Counted from the stretch's first letter, positions 48,054 through 57,567 are shown. The stretch: DNA of 64,000 nucleotides from Candidatus Bathyarchaeia archaeon (GCA_049521795.1 JBEKOM010000009.1:16346-80345); one strand, 5' to 3'. Program-made: numbers and translations. The notes: generated from the letters alone by a model not told the origin.

Positions 48054-48581
48054 CTACGGTGGCGGCGGAGGTGGGGGAGGCGGCGGAGCAGCCGTGAAAA
48101 CTTGCTTCACGCTGATCACAGTTGTGCCAGCGATACGGTCAAAGTATCTTTGCCGCGGGTCGGGTCCAGGAGTTGCAAAGCCTATCAGAAGGTCGATGAG
48201 AAAGATGATCCAGAAGATCTTGCTCAGGTTTCTGGTCAACACTTTGTTGGACGGTGCTTTGCTACCGTCAAGCATCTGCACCTTCAGACCCATCACTCTC
48301 TTTCCGAGCGTAGCCGCAGAAGTCGACGATTCCATAACGGTGGAATAAATGACGTAGAGCAGACCATAGAAGAGGGGCACTAGGAAAACCCACACTAGCC
48401 ACCAAAAGGACGCAAACGCTCCATAAAGTGGTGCTCCGGTCCCGTTCCAGACAAGCACCCACCAAACGACCCAACCTACGATAGCCCAAGGTACACTGTC
48501 GATCAAAGCAGCCACGATTCTCAACAACCAATGAGTTCCGACGTCAACTTGACCGCTAGTATTTCCATATTCTGTAGACAT
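48054..48581 (-). CDS. RDD family membrane protein with poly-Pro tail
   Basis: RIVAALID, TLGKRVMGLKV and QRYFDRIAGT motifs; ends AAPPPPPPPPP. Confidence 0.9.
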   Translation of the reverse strand: MSTEYGNTSGQVDVGTHWLLRIVAALIDSVPWAIVGWVVWWVLVWNGTGAPLYGAFASFWWLVWVFLVPLFYGLLYVIYSTVMESSTSAATLGKRVMGLKVQMLDGSKAPSNKVLTRNLSKIFWIIFLIDLLIGFATPGPDPRQRYFDRIAGTTVISVKQVFTAAPPPPPPPPPP

Positions 48582-48762
48582 CTTTCCATCTCGCACAGAT
48601 ATTCAATACGATTCGTTTTTATTGCTTTCTATCGATCCACAGCAACAATGTCATTCATCTTGAAACATCGCAAGCTCCGCGCACGCTTTCAGAACGAAAA
48701 CAGATTCAAGAGTCTGAAAGCTTATAAATCGATTCGCCAACTGAAATCTGTCAAAGGGTGAA

Positions 48763-49134
48763 GTGATGAAAATGTCTAAACAAGAAAAAGCCATGACGAA
48801 AGACAGGCTGATTGGAATGCAAGTGATCGATGCCGAGGGAAACAATTCTGGAACCATAAAGGACATAGCGTTCACCGTTGGAAAAATGGGTATGACTCTA
48901 ATCGTTGAGACCGAGAAGAGCGGGGACATGGAAGTCCCGTGGGAACAGATTCAAGCAGCAGGAGACTACGTCCTGCTAAAGCCAGCAGCCACTCAGACCC
49001 AGACTTTCGGGCCGCAACCAACGTTGCAGACGCAGCAAGCACAAGCACCTGTCTGCCCCACGTGCGGCGGACCACTAACCTACATTCAACAGTATCAAAG
49101 ATGGTACTGCTACAAAGACAAGAAGTACGTGTAA
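48763..49134 (+). CDS. PRC-barrel protein with C-terminal Zn-ribbon-like module
   Basis: LIGMQVIDAEG..GTIKDI...VPWEQIQAAGDYVLL, then a Q/T/P linker and CPTCGGPLTYIQQYQRWYCYKDKKYV. Confidence 0.88.
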   Translation: MMKMSKQEKAMTKDRLIGMQVIDAEGNNSGTIKDIAFTVGKMGMTLIVETEKSGDMEVPWEQIQAAGDYVLLKPAATQTQTFGPQPTLQTQQAQAPVCPTCGGPLTYIQQYQRWYCYKDKKYV

Positions 49135-49322
49135 GAAAACTGCGCAATTTGCACCTCTTTCCTTCTGCATTTTTCCTCAACAGCATTAGGGGACGACATC
49201 GTTATCTGCATATCAGACATTTTTCTATAAGTTCGGGCCCCGTGGCAATCATTGGAATAAAGTCTTAAATACTCATGGAAAAGAAAACATGAGCTAAAGA
49301 AAAAAGGTTATGAGGAATTTGC

Positions 49323-49901
49323 ATGGCTTCAAGAGAAGGATATCTACACGACTATCTTGTAGCAAGCTTCGTTGGAATAGCTTTCGGCATGGTTGTTGCT
49401 TCTCCCGCGGGACTCGTGCTTGGAGACTGGGGAAGATACATAGGCGCAATGGTCGTAGCAGGTCTATTTGGCTTCGTCCCAGGCGGTCTGACATCAGGCT
49501 ACATCAACTTTAGGTTCCATCAGATGGGAGAAAATCCGGAGATGAGCGGTCTGAGCGCTGGCTTCTTCACGGCCATTGTCTACACCATCGTTGATCTCAT
49601 CATCACTTTGGTCTATGCGATACTGGGTGCTGATGCCGGCAGGGTCTTCATCGGTTGGGTCATAGCGGTGGTCTTCGGATTCATATTCTTCACACTGGGG
49701 GGCTATCTTTCAGGCATGCTCGAAAAGAGACCGTTTGCGATGCCTAGCATGTTCAACCTTTCGCGAATTCAAAGAGGCGCTGCCGCTCCCCCGCCACCAC
49801 CGCCAGGAGCTGCGAATACATGTCCGAGCTGTGGCAGTCCGTTGAGATACATTCAGCAATACCAGCGATGGTACTGCGACAAAGAAAAGAAGTACGTCTA
49901 A
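49323..49901 (+). CDS. 4-TM membrane protein with poly-Pro and the same C-terminal Zn-ribbon-like module
   Basis: Gly-rich TM helices, APPPPPP and CPSCGSPLRYIQQYQRWYCDKEKKYV. Confidence 0.88.
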   Translation: MASREGYLHDYLVASFVGIAFGMVVASPAGLVLGDWGRYIGAMVVAGLFGFVPGGLTSGYINFRFHQMGENPEMSGLSAGFFTAIVYTIVDLIITLVYAILGADAGRVFIGWVIAVVFGFIFFTLGGYLSGMLEKRPFAMPSMFNLSRIQRGAAAPPPPPPGAANTCPSCGSPLRYIQQYQRWYCDKEKKYV

Positions 49902-50008
49902 GCACTCCTTCTTCCTCTATTTTTCTCTAAACTCAAGTACAGAACAGATTCTTCCCTCCACCTGACGAAACGCATAAAGCACCTCAGGCAGAGTAGTTCT
50001 TGAACGAG

Positions 50009-51145
50009 ATGTTACCTGAAGAAAGAAGTACCACAATTTTCTGGCCGTTGATAGGGCCATGGTACGAGTCCTTGAAGAAACCCGAAGAGACCCAGAGGCA
50101 AGTGCTTTCTGGCTTACTGAAAGAATATGCAAAGACGCGTTACGGAGAAGGGCACCACGCATCCCAGACGGAAGACATCAGCGACTTCAGAAGAAGCTTC
50201 CCAATAATCAACTATCATGAACTTAACCCTTACTTGTCAGACGTAATGAAAGGCGATTACAGCTCGATTCTTCCAGAACCACTCGCATGCTGGGTGATGA
50301 CCCGCGGTTCCACTGGCCCCGCAAAAGTGTTGCCAGCAACAAAGACACACATTGAGCAGATCCTTACATGCGGATCCAGAGCTTTGATAAACCATGCGCT
50401 AAGAAACAAGGACTACGAGGTTCTTGACGGCAAAATCCTGAACCTAAACTTCCCATCCAACGTCCACACAATAGTTATGAACGGGCAAACGATGACTTAC
50501 GGCTACAGTTCAGGAACCTACGCAAAACTGATCCCTGCACTTGACAGGGTCGGACTTCTACCAAGGCAAGAGGAAATAGACGAGCTGGGATCAGGAATCA
50601 GCAAGCGAGACTGGGAAAAAAGGTTTGAGCTGGCTTACCAACTAGCGCTTCACGAAAACGTGACTGGTGCGATGGGCGTGACTCCTGTGATCCTTTCCTT
50701 TGCCAAGTACGTTACGCGAAAACATGGCAAAAGGCCCAAAGAGCTTTGGAAATTGCGCGCACTATTCTGCACGAGCGTTCGAAAGATCCAGTTCAGGTAC
50801 GCACCAGGACTCAGAGAATACTTCGGAGATGTCCCAGTGATTGAGATATACAGCGCAACGGAAGGAGTTTTCGGTCAGCAACTCGACGAGTTACCATACA
50901 TTACTCCGAACTATGACACCTATTTCTTCGAAGTCAAAACGGACCGAGGCATAAAGATGCTGTATGAACTTGAACGCGGACAATGGGGCGAGTTAATAGT
51001 GTCCTCATGTCTGTTCCCAAGGTACGCTATCGGAGATATGATCGAGTCTGCGGGGAAAAACTATTTTCGAGTGTTTGGCAGGCGCAATGCTCAAACGCTT
51101 CTTGAGCACAGGCTTCACAGATTCTTTCTAGGATGGCTGTTCTAA
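50009..51145 (+). CDS. GH3 family acyl-adenylate/amido synthetase-like protein
   Basis: T-YG...F....PI..Y N-terminus; motif I TRGSTGPAK, motif II YSATEG and motif III RYAIGD. Confidence 0.82.
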   Translation: MLPEERSTTIFWPLIGPWYESLKKPEETQRQVLSGLLKEYAKTRYGEGHHASQTEDISDFRRSFPIINYHELNPYLSDVMKGDYSSILPEPLACWVMTRGSTGPAKVLPATKTHIEQILTCGSRALINHALRNKDYEVLDGKILNLNFPSNVHTIVMNGQTMTYGYSSGTYAKLIPALDRVGLLPRQEEIDELGSGISKRDWEKRFELAYQLALHENVTGAMGVTPVILSFAKYVTRKHGKRPKELWKLRALFCTSVRKIQFRYAPGLREYFGDVPVIEIYSATEGVFGQQLDELPYITPNYDTYFFEVKTDRGIKMLYELERGQWGELIVSSCLFPRYAIGDMIESAGKNYFRVFGRRNAQTLLEHRLHRFFLGWLF

Positions 51146-51528
51146 GGCTTCGGATGCCTCTTGACCAGCACGAAAGCGTAGTAGATTGCCACGACGATCA
51201 CTATTAGCCCAATCAAGAGAAGGAAGAAAGCCCAGAAAGCTCGCAGATCGTAGTGCGGATAAGAAATCCCAGTAAAAGCTGCCACACCCAGAAATATTAG
51301 GATTAGACCGCCGATCAGTGGACCCAAGAACCCAAGCTCGTGCTTCTCCCCTTTTTCACCTTTCTCGCGTTTCTCGCTCTTTTCGCTTTTCTCGGATTTT
51401 TCGCCTCTTCTGTATTCTCTGAACTTCGGCTCAGCGGGAGCTTGTGCCGCTTTCAACGGGGCACCACATTTGGGGCAAAAAGTCATCTCTTCAGTGATTT
51501 CGGCACCGCATTTCGGACAGTATGACAC
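51142..51528 (-). CDS. Zn-ribbon plus EKx-repeat 2-TM protein
   Basis: YCPKCG...FCPKCG, EKSEKSEKREKGEKGEKHE and two TM helices. Confidence 0.88.
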   Translation of the reverse strand: MSYCPKCGAEITEEMTFCPKCGAPLKAAQAPAEPKFREYRRGEKSEKSEKSEKREKGEKGEKHELGFLGPLIGGLILIFLGVAAFTGISYPHYDLRAFWAFFLLLIGLIVIVVAIYYAFVLVKRHPKP

Positions 51529-51647
51529 ATTCCTTCACTCCTGTTTTCCGCATTCTTATTTTGAACACTTAGTATTTAAGAGATGCTCAAACCGAGAAAT
51601 TTTATATACGTTCACGTGCTTAGAACAGTTCAAGAGGGGAATATTGC

Positions 51648-52208
51648 GTGAACTTCGGAGGATTTTCAAGAAGGCACAGAGAAGGACTTTTGAGTGCCGT
51701 CTCAGTGGGTTTCTTTTTGCTGTTGATCGGTGCCCTCTTCGTGATCAAACCCAATCTCTACACTGACACCGTCACATTCTTCAGCAACTTCAACACCACG
51801 TCAGCTGTTCCCAACACGCAAATACAGCCCCCTGCTCCAGACGCTCAGAGTTCAGCAACTAATTCCACTGTGCGCAACGCGAATTTGGCCGTTTACTCAG
51901 CGGCACAGCAATTTAGCTTGGCCTGGGGAATCTTCCTCATTGCACTGCTAGTCCTGAGGTTTGCGTTTGATTCAACATGGCGCAGAAAGGCACAGAACAT
52001 CTCAGACATTGTCTTCTGGTTCGGAGCGATCTATCTGATCCAGACGTGGCTCATAGGCCCTACGAGCAGCTTACCCTACCCAACGACCGCTCAACCATGG
52101 TTTGAGTTCTGGTCGATGATAATAGTGCTAATAGGAGCATCTTTGATCGTGAGAGCAATTTGCTTGGCTGCCGTTGGGAGAGAACACGCATACATGGACA
52201 AGAGTTGA
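51648..52208 (+). CDS. Hypothetical membrane protein
   Basis: Four hydrophobic segments; upstream TTTATATA and GAGGGG. Confidence 0.8.
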   Translation: MNFGGFSRRHREGLLSAVSVGFFLLLIGALFVIKPNLYTDTVTFFSNFNTTSAVPNTQIQPPAPDAQSSATNSTVRNANLAVYSAAQQFSLAWGIFLIALLVLRFAFDSTWRRKAQNISDIVFWFGAIYLIQTWLIGPTSSLPYPTTAQPWFEFWSMIIVLIGASLIVRAICLAAVGREHAYMDKS

Positions 52209-52244
52209 AGCTAAGATCGGCAGACAGAGGCGGCCGCGACAAGT

Positions 52245-52658
52245 ATGCCGATAGTGTATTCCGAAGCTTCAGACGTGAAGAAGCTGGCCGATGAGATCGC
52301 TGAAAGTCTGGGGTTGTTCCACGTTGTTCCACAATATGTGTTCTGTGTCAGAAGCAAAGGATCAGCATCTAGACGCACGATCGCTCGGATTCATGGCCTC
52401 GGCAAAGTCTGGCAGGAAACTCTTAACCTTCCAGCCGCATACGTGATCGAAGTGATCTCTGAAAAATACGACAAAATGACCGAGGAAGACAAGGAGAAAA
52501 CCGTGATCCATGAGCTCCTGCACATCCCCAAGGCGTTTGCAGGTGGATTTCGACCCCACAAAGGGTACATTGACGACCAAACCGTGGAACATCTACACAG
52601 GACTTTTCAGAAAGAGAGACGTTCCAGAGGACAACTTTTTAAGTCACACGAGGAATGA
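52245..52658 (+). CDS. Putative metallopeptidase (zincin, HExxH)
   Basis: RSKGS..RTIARIHGL, YVIEVISE-YD and IHELLHIP...GGFRPH motifs. Confidence 0.88.
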   Translation: MPIVYSEASDVKKLADEIAESLGLFHVVPQYVFCVRSKGSASRRTIARIHGLGKVWQETLNLPAAYVIEVISEKYDKMTEEDKEKTVIHELLHIPKAFAGGFRPHKGYIDDQTVEHLHRTFQKERRSRGQLFKSHEE

Positions 52659-54322
52659 GAAAAAGAAACTCAGTATCACGGTTTACGCAACATCATGAGA
52701 GACAAGAAATGAAATACTGCATGAAAAGTCTGGCCCACAACGGGATATATGTTCCCCAATATGAATACCGAGGGTTTTCCGTCAAGATTCAGGGACAACC
52801 AGTAAAGTTGGGTCCGAAGACCGAGCAGATGGCAGTCTTCTGGATAAGAAAGAGGCAGTCGCTAACGTCTCCTCCCGACAAGGTTTTCTACAGAAATTTC
52901 ATCCAGAATTTCCTGACAGCTTTAAGATCAGAAAACGCCTCACTGCGGTTTCTTGAGGACTTCGAAACCAGGCATTTGAACAGCTTGGACAAAGATGGCA
53001 GCGAATGGCTGAACGACGGAAATACCGGGGTCGACTTTTCTGAGGTTGCGGCTTCCCTGCTACATGAACAGCAGAGAAAGCTGAACATGCCCAAAGAGGA
53101 AAAGAAGAAACTCGCGGCCGAAAGGAAAGCGGCGAGGGAAGCTTTGAGAGAGAAGTATGGTTACGCTGTAGTCGACGGGAACAGACTTGAAATTGCAAAC
53201 TGGACCGTAGAACCATCATGCATATTCGCAGGCAGAGGAGATCATCCGAAACGGGGGAAGTGGAAAGAGGGACCAAGGCAAGAGGACATAATTCTCAACC
53301 TGCATCCGGACAGCCCCATGCCTTCAGGGAACTGGAAGGGCAGAGTCTGGGAACCCGAAAAGATGTACCTTGCCAAGTGGGAGGACAAACTTACTGGAAA
53401 GATGAAGTACGTCTGGTTTTCCGATTCGGCCTTCTTGAAACAGAAGGCTGAGGAAGCGAAGTTCAGAAAGGCTGAGAAGCTGAGCAAGGAGATTCCAAAG
53501 ATTGTAACTCACATAATGAAAAACTTGGAATCTGACGATTTGGATAGGCGGAAACTGGCTACTGTGAGTTGGCTGATTCTTGAAGTGAACATGAGGGTCG
53601 GCGACGAGAAAGATCCTGGAGAAGCAGACACTGTCGGAGCAATAACCCTAAGGCCGGAACACGTCAAGGTTGAAGGAAACACTTTGAACTTCGACTTTTT
53701 GGGTAAAGACTGCGTCAGATGGACCAAGAAAGTTGAAGCACCTCCCATCGTCATCAAGAACATTGAGAGATTCTCAAGAGAATGCAAAGAGTATCTTTTC
53801 GAAGGAACAAACTCGAGAAAAGTGTCCAGATTCCTCTCCGAGAAAATGGAGGGCTTAACAGCCAAGGTGTTTAGAACGTGGAGATGTACAACCACTGTCC
53901 GCGAACACCTGCAAAACTGCAAAACAAAGAAAGAAGATCCAGAATATGCGAAGCAATATTGTGCCAAGAAGGCTAATCTAGAAGCGGCTAAAATAGCCAA
54001 CCACAAGCGGAAGATCCCTCCAAATTTCGAGGAGAGACTTGCCAAGAAGCGTGACAGAGTCAAAGAACTCGAAATGAACCTAAAAGAGAAAACAGAACAG
54101 GGCAAGAAGACAGACACTCTTGTTAGAAGATTGGAAAAGAGCAAACTTGATGTGAATCTCTCGGAGGAGACAAAAGAATACAACCTTGGAACCTCTCTCA
54201 GATCCTACATTGATCCCATGACTTACGTGAAATGGGCCGAACAAGTAGAGTTTCCTTTGGAAAAGTTTTATCCGAAGACCTTGAGAAAGAAGTTCAGTTG
54301 GGCTTTAGGAAGAGAGTGCTAA
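52655..54322 (+). CDS. top1B: DNA topoisomerase IB (eukaryote-like)
   Basis: L-HNG, GRGDHPKRG, MRVGDEK, DFLGKD, TAKVFRTW, NHKR and LGTSLRSYIDP (catalytic Tyr). The true start may be ATG 52709 or 52721. Confidence 0.95.
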   Translation: MRKRNSVSRFTQHHERQEMKYCMKSLAHNGIYVPQYEYRGFSVKIQGQPVKLGPKTEQMAVFWIRKRQSLTSPPDKVFYRNFIQNFLTALRSENASLRFLEDFETRHLNSLDKDGSEWLNDGNTGVDFSEVAASLLHEQQRKLNMPKEEKKKLAAERKAAREALREKYGYAVVDGNRLEIANWTVEPSCIFAGRGDHPKRGKWKEGPRQEDIILNLHPDSPMPSGNWKGRVWEPEKMYLAKWEDKLTGKMKYVWFSDSAFLKQKAEEAKFRKAEKLSKEIPKIVTHIMKNLESDDLDRRKLATVSWLILEVNMRVGDEKDPGEADTVGAITLRPEHVKVEGNTLNFDFLGKDCVRWTKKVEAPPIVIKNIERFSRECKEYLFEGTNSRKVSRFLSEKMEGLTAKVFRTWRCTTTVREHLQNCKTKKEDPEYAKQYCAKKANLEAAKIANHKRKIPPNFEERLAKKRDRVKELEMNLKEKTEQGKKTDTLVRRLEKSKLDVNLSEETKEYNLGTSLRSYIDPMTYVKWAEQVEFPLEKFYPKTLRKKFSWALGREC

Positions 54323-54348
54323 AACTCTTGTTACTTTGGGTTCGCTGA

Positions 54349-54417
54349 GGAGAATGGTAGAATGGCTTTTTGAGCGGGGAAAGGAGAAATCAAAAAACTG
54401 GCTTTCTACCATCCTCC
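54349..54417. repeat. Imperfect 25-28 bp inverted repeat between the convergent topoisomerase IB and tRNA genes
   Basis: GGAGAATGGTAGAAtggcTTTTTGA (54349-54373) versus the reverse complement of 54390-54417, GGAGGATGGTAGAAagccagtTTTTTGA. Confidence 0.6.
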
Positions 54418-54524
54418 ACGGTTAAGACTAAATTGCGTTATACTCTTAACCTTGTCGTAATCTCTGACTCTAAAGGACTTCATTCCATCACAAGTGGGAC
54501 CCATGAGAGACAATGATTAGACTC

Positions 54525-54602
54525 TGGTGGACGGGCCGGGATTTGAACCCGGGGCCTCCACGATGCCAACGTGGCGATCGTACCAGGCTGATCTACCCGC
54601 CC
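54525..54602 (-). tRNA. tRNA-Ala(GGC), intronless, CCA encoded
   Basis: GGGCGGGTAGATCAGCCTGGTACGATCGCCACGTTGGCATCGTGGAGGCCCCGGGTTCAAATCCCGGCCCGTCCACCA folds as a cloverleaf with anticodon GGC and the G3:U70 Ala identity pair. Confidence 0.97.
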
Positions 54603-54671
54603 GTTGATGTTGTTTCTGCAACTTAACCGTTTATGACAAGCTATAAGCATTTCTTAACGGTGCTAGCACAA

Positions 54672-56093
54672 CTAGCCGTAATGTAAGTACTGCGATAACG
54701 CCTTCGGCGATGCCTCTGTTTTGCTGGTAAGTTCCTTCCACAGGTTTCCGTCTTTGTAGCTGTTCAGCGTCGAAATTGTCTTGTCAATCAGCGGTCGCGG
54801 AAAGACGCCACCGGCTTCGTAGTACTTTCTGTCTTTCGCAAGGTTCTTTGCAGCCTCGGCGCAAGAGCGAGGCAGAACTCTGAATCGCTTCTTTTCATGA
54901 CGCGCAAGGTCTGCGTGCAAGTCTTCGGCGATCTTCAGCGATTCCTTAGAGTTTTCCAACCCGTAGTCTGTGGCTACGGCTAATCCTGCAAATAGCAAGT
55001 GAGCGTTAGCGAAGGCGTCCGGAGCTCTGTATTCGAAGGTCTCTCGGCAACTTGCAGTCTTGCCGGTTTTTTCCTTGAACTTCCACCAGAGAGGTATCCT
55101 GATCAGGGCGAGACGGTTTCTGGCACTCCAGCAGATGTGCATGGGCGATTCACTGCGCGCAATGAAACGCAAGTACGATATTGGAGTTGGGTTTCCGAAG
55201 GCTGCGAGGCTTGGAGCGAACTTCAACAATCCACCAATCATACTCAGGGCTTCAATGCTTACGTCTCCTTCATGGTTTGCAACGGTGTTTCGCCCATCCT
55301 TCAGCGCGCACATGTGAATGTGCATTCCACTTCCAGCATGGTTCAAATCAATCTTTGGAGCAAACGAGACAGACACACCGTGTCTCAGGCACACATTTCG
55401 GACAGCCCACTTTGCTACTGCTATCGTGTCAGCCATGTTTGGGAGGTTCTCCGGTGCGAACTCGATTTCATGCTGCTCCCAAATCTTGCCGTTACTTTCC
55501 ACTGCGTAGCCAACTTCACCATGTCCGTACTTGGTCGGGACTCCAATAACATCTAGCGTGGCCAAGACTTCGTTCCGAATGTCTTCAAACTTTGCGAAGG
55601 GGGACGATTCATGATAGTTCTTGTCTGGTGGACCTGGAAAAAGCATATCAGTCTGTCTTTCAGCAATTATGTAGAATTCAAGCTCAGCCAAAGCTTTTAG
55701 GGCAATGCTGCTCGAAGATCGCAGCTTTTCTTCAGCTCTCCTCAACACGTTTTGTGGAGCAATGGCCAATGGTTTTCCATTTTCATCCAAATAATCGCAT
55801 AAGATATTCAACGTTGGCAGTATCGCAAACGGGTCTGCGAACGCGCTGGCCACACGAGGCGATATGTAAATGTCACTCTTCGCCGGGTCAATAAACGAAA
55901 ACAGGCTTGAACCATCAACTCTTTCGCCGAACTCCAAGATCTCATGAACCCTGTCTTTATTTGCGGTGGAAAAGCTAAGGGTCTTCAGCCTCCCCTCCTC
56001 GGGAATGTGACACAGGTTCAGTATCTTTATGTTGTTTTCTGAGATGAACTTGACGACGGCCTCTTTCCCAGATATGTTCAACGGGTCGTGCAT
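54672..56093 (-). CDS. glnA: Glutamine synthetase family protein
   Basis: DGSS, ELEFY, HGEVG, QHEIE, GSGMHIH, RNR and EYRAPD motifs; ATG at 56093. Confidence 0.85.
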   Translation of the reverse strand: MHDPLNISGKEAVVKFISENNIKILNLCHIPEEGRLKTLSFSTANKDRVHEILEFGERVDGSSLFSFIDPAKSDIYISPRVASAFADPFAILPTLNILCDYLDENGKPLAIAPQNVLRRAEEKLRSSSSIALKALAELEFYIIAERQTDMLFPGPPDKNYHESSPFAKFEDIRNEVLATLDVIGVPTKYGHGEVGYAVESNGKIWEQHEIEFAPENLPNMADTIAVAKWAVRNVCLRHGVSVSFAPKIDLNHAGSGMHIHMCALKDGRNTVANHEGDVSIEALSMIGGLLKFAPSLAAFGNPTPISYLRFIARSESPMHICWSARNRLALIRIPLWWKFKEKTGKTASCRETFEYRAPDAFANAHLLFAGLAVATDYGLENSKESLKIAEDLHADLARHEKKRFRVLPRSCAEAAKNLAKDRKYYEAGGVFPRPLIDKTISTLNSYKDGNLWKELTSKTEASPKALSQYLHYG

Positions 56094-56299
56094 GAATACG
56101 CCTTCACGCGGGCACCTAAGTGACTCTAGAAACCGATATTTTAACTCTCTCCAAGGGGCTCTTCCATTCAGCACAACCTGCTGCACATTATTCTTAATAA
56201 GTATAGGTAGCTCTTCACAACGATACATTTTGAGGATTCGCTAAGTTTATTTATAAAGCATGGTCTGTAATAGGGTGACCAGACAACGGAGAAACCGCG

Positions 56300-56854
56300 A
56301 TGTCGAAGAAGATTCCATCAAAAGATGAAGCACTAGAAGCACTAGACTTCATCGTCAACGTTCTTAAGGAGCACGAAAAGGACTTGGACAGGCTGATCAA
56401 CGAACTAGGCAGCGTAACAGAAAAGATGGGCGACACAGGCGAACTCAGCGGGAAAGTCGAAAAAGTCGAAGAACGATTGACCACGCTGCAAAACGAAATA
56501 ACAAACCTCATCACCTACCTTTCTGCCTCACAAGAGGCACAGCCAGCTACGCCGCACCTTTTAGAGGGAACAAAAAGCGAAAACGTGCAGACTAAAGAAA
56601 CCAGAGGGCCTCCGGTGATTCTTCGATGCAAGCTCTGGGAAGACTTTCAGACGATGGCCACTCAGGCTCAGACGCTCTCTTTCATGTACCGAGAGGCAGA
56701 GAAAGCTTTCCAAGTGGACGCAATGAAAGACAACCAGATCATCACGTACAGCGGTCAGCTTCCTAAGGAAGCATCGATGTTGAAAGCATGGCTTTCGAAA
56801 CAGCTGGATGTTCCTGAAAAGAAGATTTTAGAAGGCATCTTGGCCATAGGCTAG
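56300..56854 (+). CDS. Hypothetical protein with N-terminal coiled coil
   Basis: EALDFIVNVLKEHEKDLDRLINEL heptads; TATA-like TTTATAAA upstream. Confidence 0.8.
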   Translation: MSKKIPSKDEALEALDFIVNVLKEHEKDLDRLINELGSVTEKMGDTGELSGKVEKVEERLTTLQNEITNLITYLSASQEAQPATPHLLEGTKSENVQTKETRGPPVILRCKLWEDFQTMATQAQTLSFMYREAEKAFQVDAMKDNQIITYSGQLPKEASMLKAWLSKQLDVPEKKILEGILAIG

Positions 56855-57031
56855 CATCATTTTCAAATTGGCGTATGTTTTCCAGCTAAACAAAGTTTTT
56901 ATATTGGTCTTGACTCTTACGTCTTACGATGTGTTGGAGGGCCAAGGTTGAAGGCTAACCACGAAAGCCAAAGCGATTTTTTTCCGTTCTCGAAGCCTTC
57001 TCCTTTCTCCTCAGTGACGGAAAATGGCTGA

Positions 57032-57238
57032 GTGGTTAGCCAAAAAACGATGAAACCCCTCAGCACACCACAAAACTCGGAGACCAAAGCCATGGACCAA
57101 AAGAACGCGGTCGTACAAAAAATCAACGAAGAATTCACTAGTTTCCGCAGTACGATGGAAGAACTGTATATGCTGAAGAAAGTGGCTTCAGACTTGAGAA
57201 GCTATAGGAAAATGATAAAACTGAAAAAGTATGACTGA
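57032..57238 (+). CDS. Small hypothetical protein
   Basis: 68 aa helical ORF; start uncertain. Confidence 0.45.
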   Translation: MVSQKTMKPLSTPQNSETKAMDQKNAVVQKINEEFTSFRSTMEELYMLKKVASDLRSYRKMIKLKKYD

Positions 57239-57567
57239 CGCGCGCTCCAATTTGGTAAAGATCGCCATTCAGCCCTCGCCTAAAAGTTGCTACTTAACAA
57301 GTCGTTCTCTTTGAAAACTGCTGCGACTTCCAAGCCCGATTTCCAGTTGCAGATGACCGCCTTTAAACCATAATGGGTGGAAATCTACTGCATCTCAGTT
57401 CCTTACTCGCGACATTCTCCCTCACTCTTCAGGATGACTTCATATTGTAGCCTTGGCCCTAGAAACGAGGCTAGCCAAAGTTCCTGTTCACACGCTTCTA
57501 TCAACAAATGCGTTGGTGTGCAAAAACTTATCCCGTGCCAAACCATTGATTAGAAAGATGATCAATT

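Noticed and set aside
56094-56228. N-terminal extension of the glutamine synthetase ORF
   Set aside because: It runs through the AT-rich divergent promoter region; ATG 56093 is the more plausible start.
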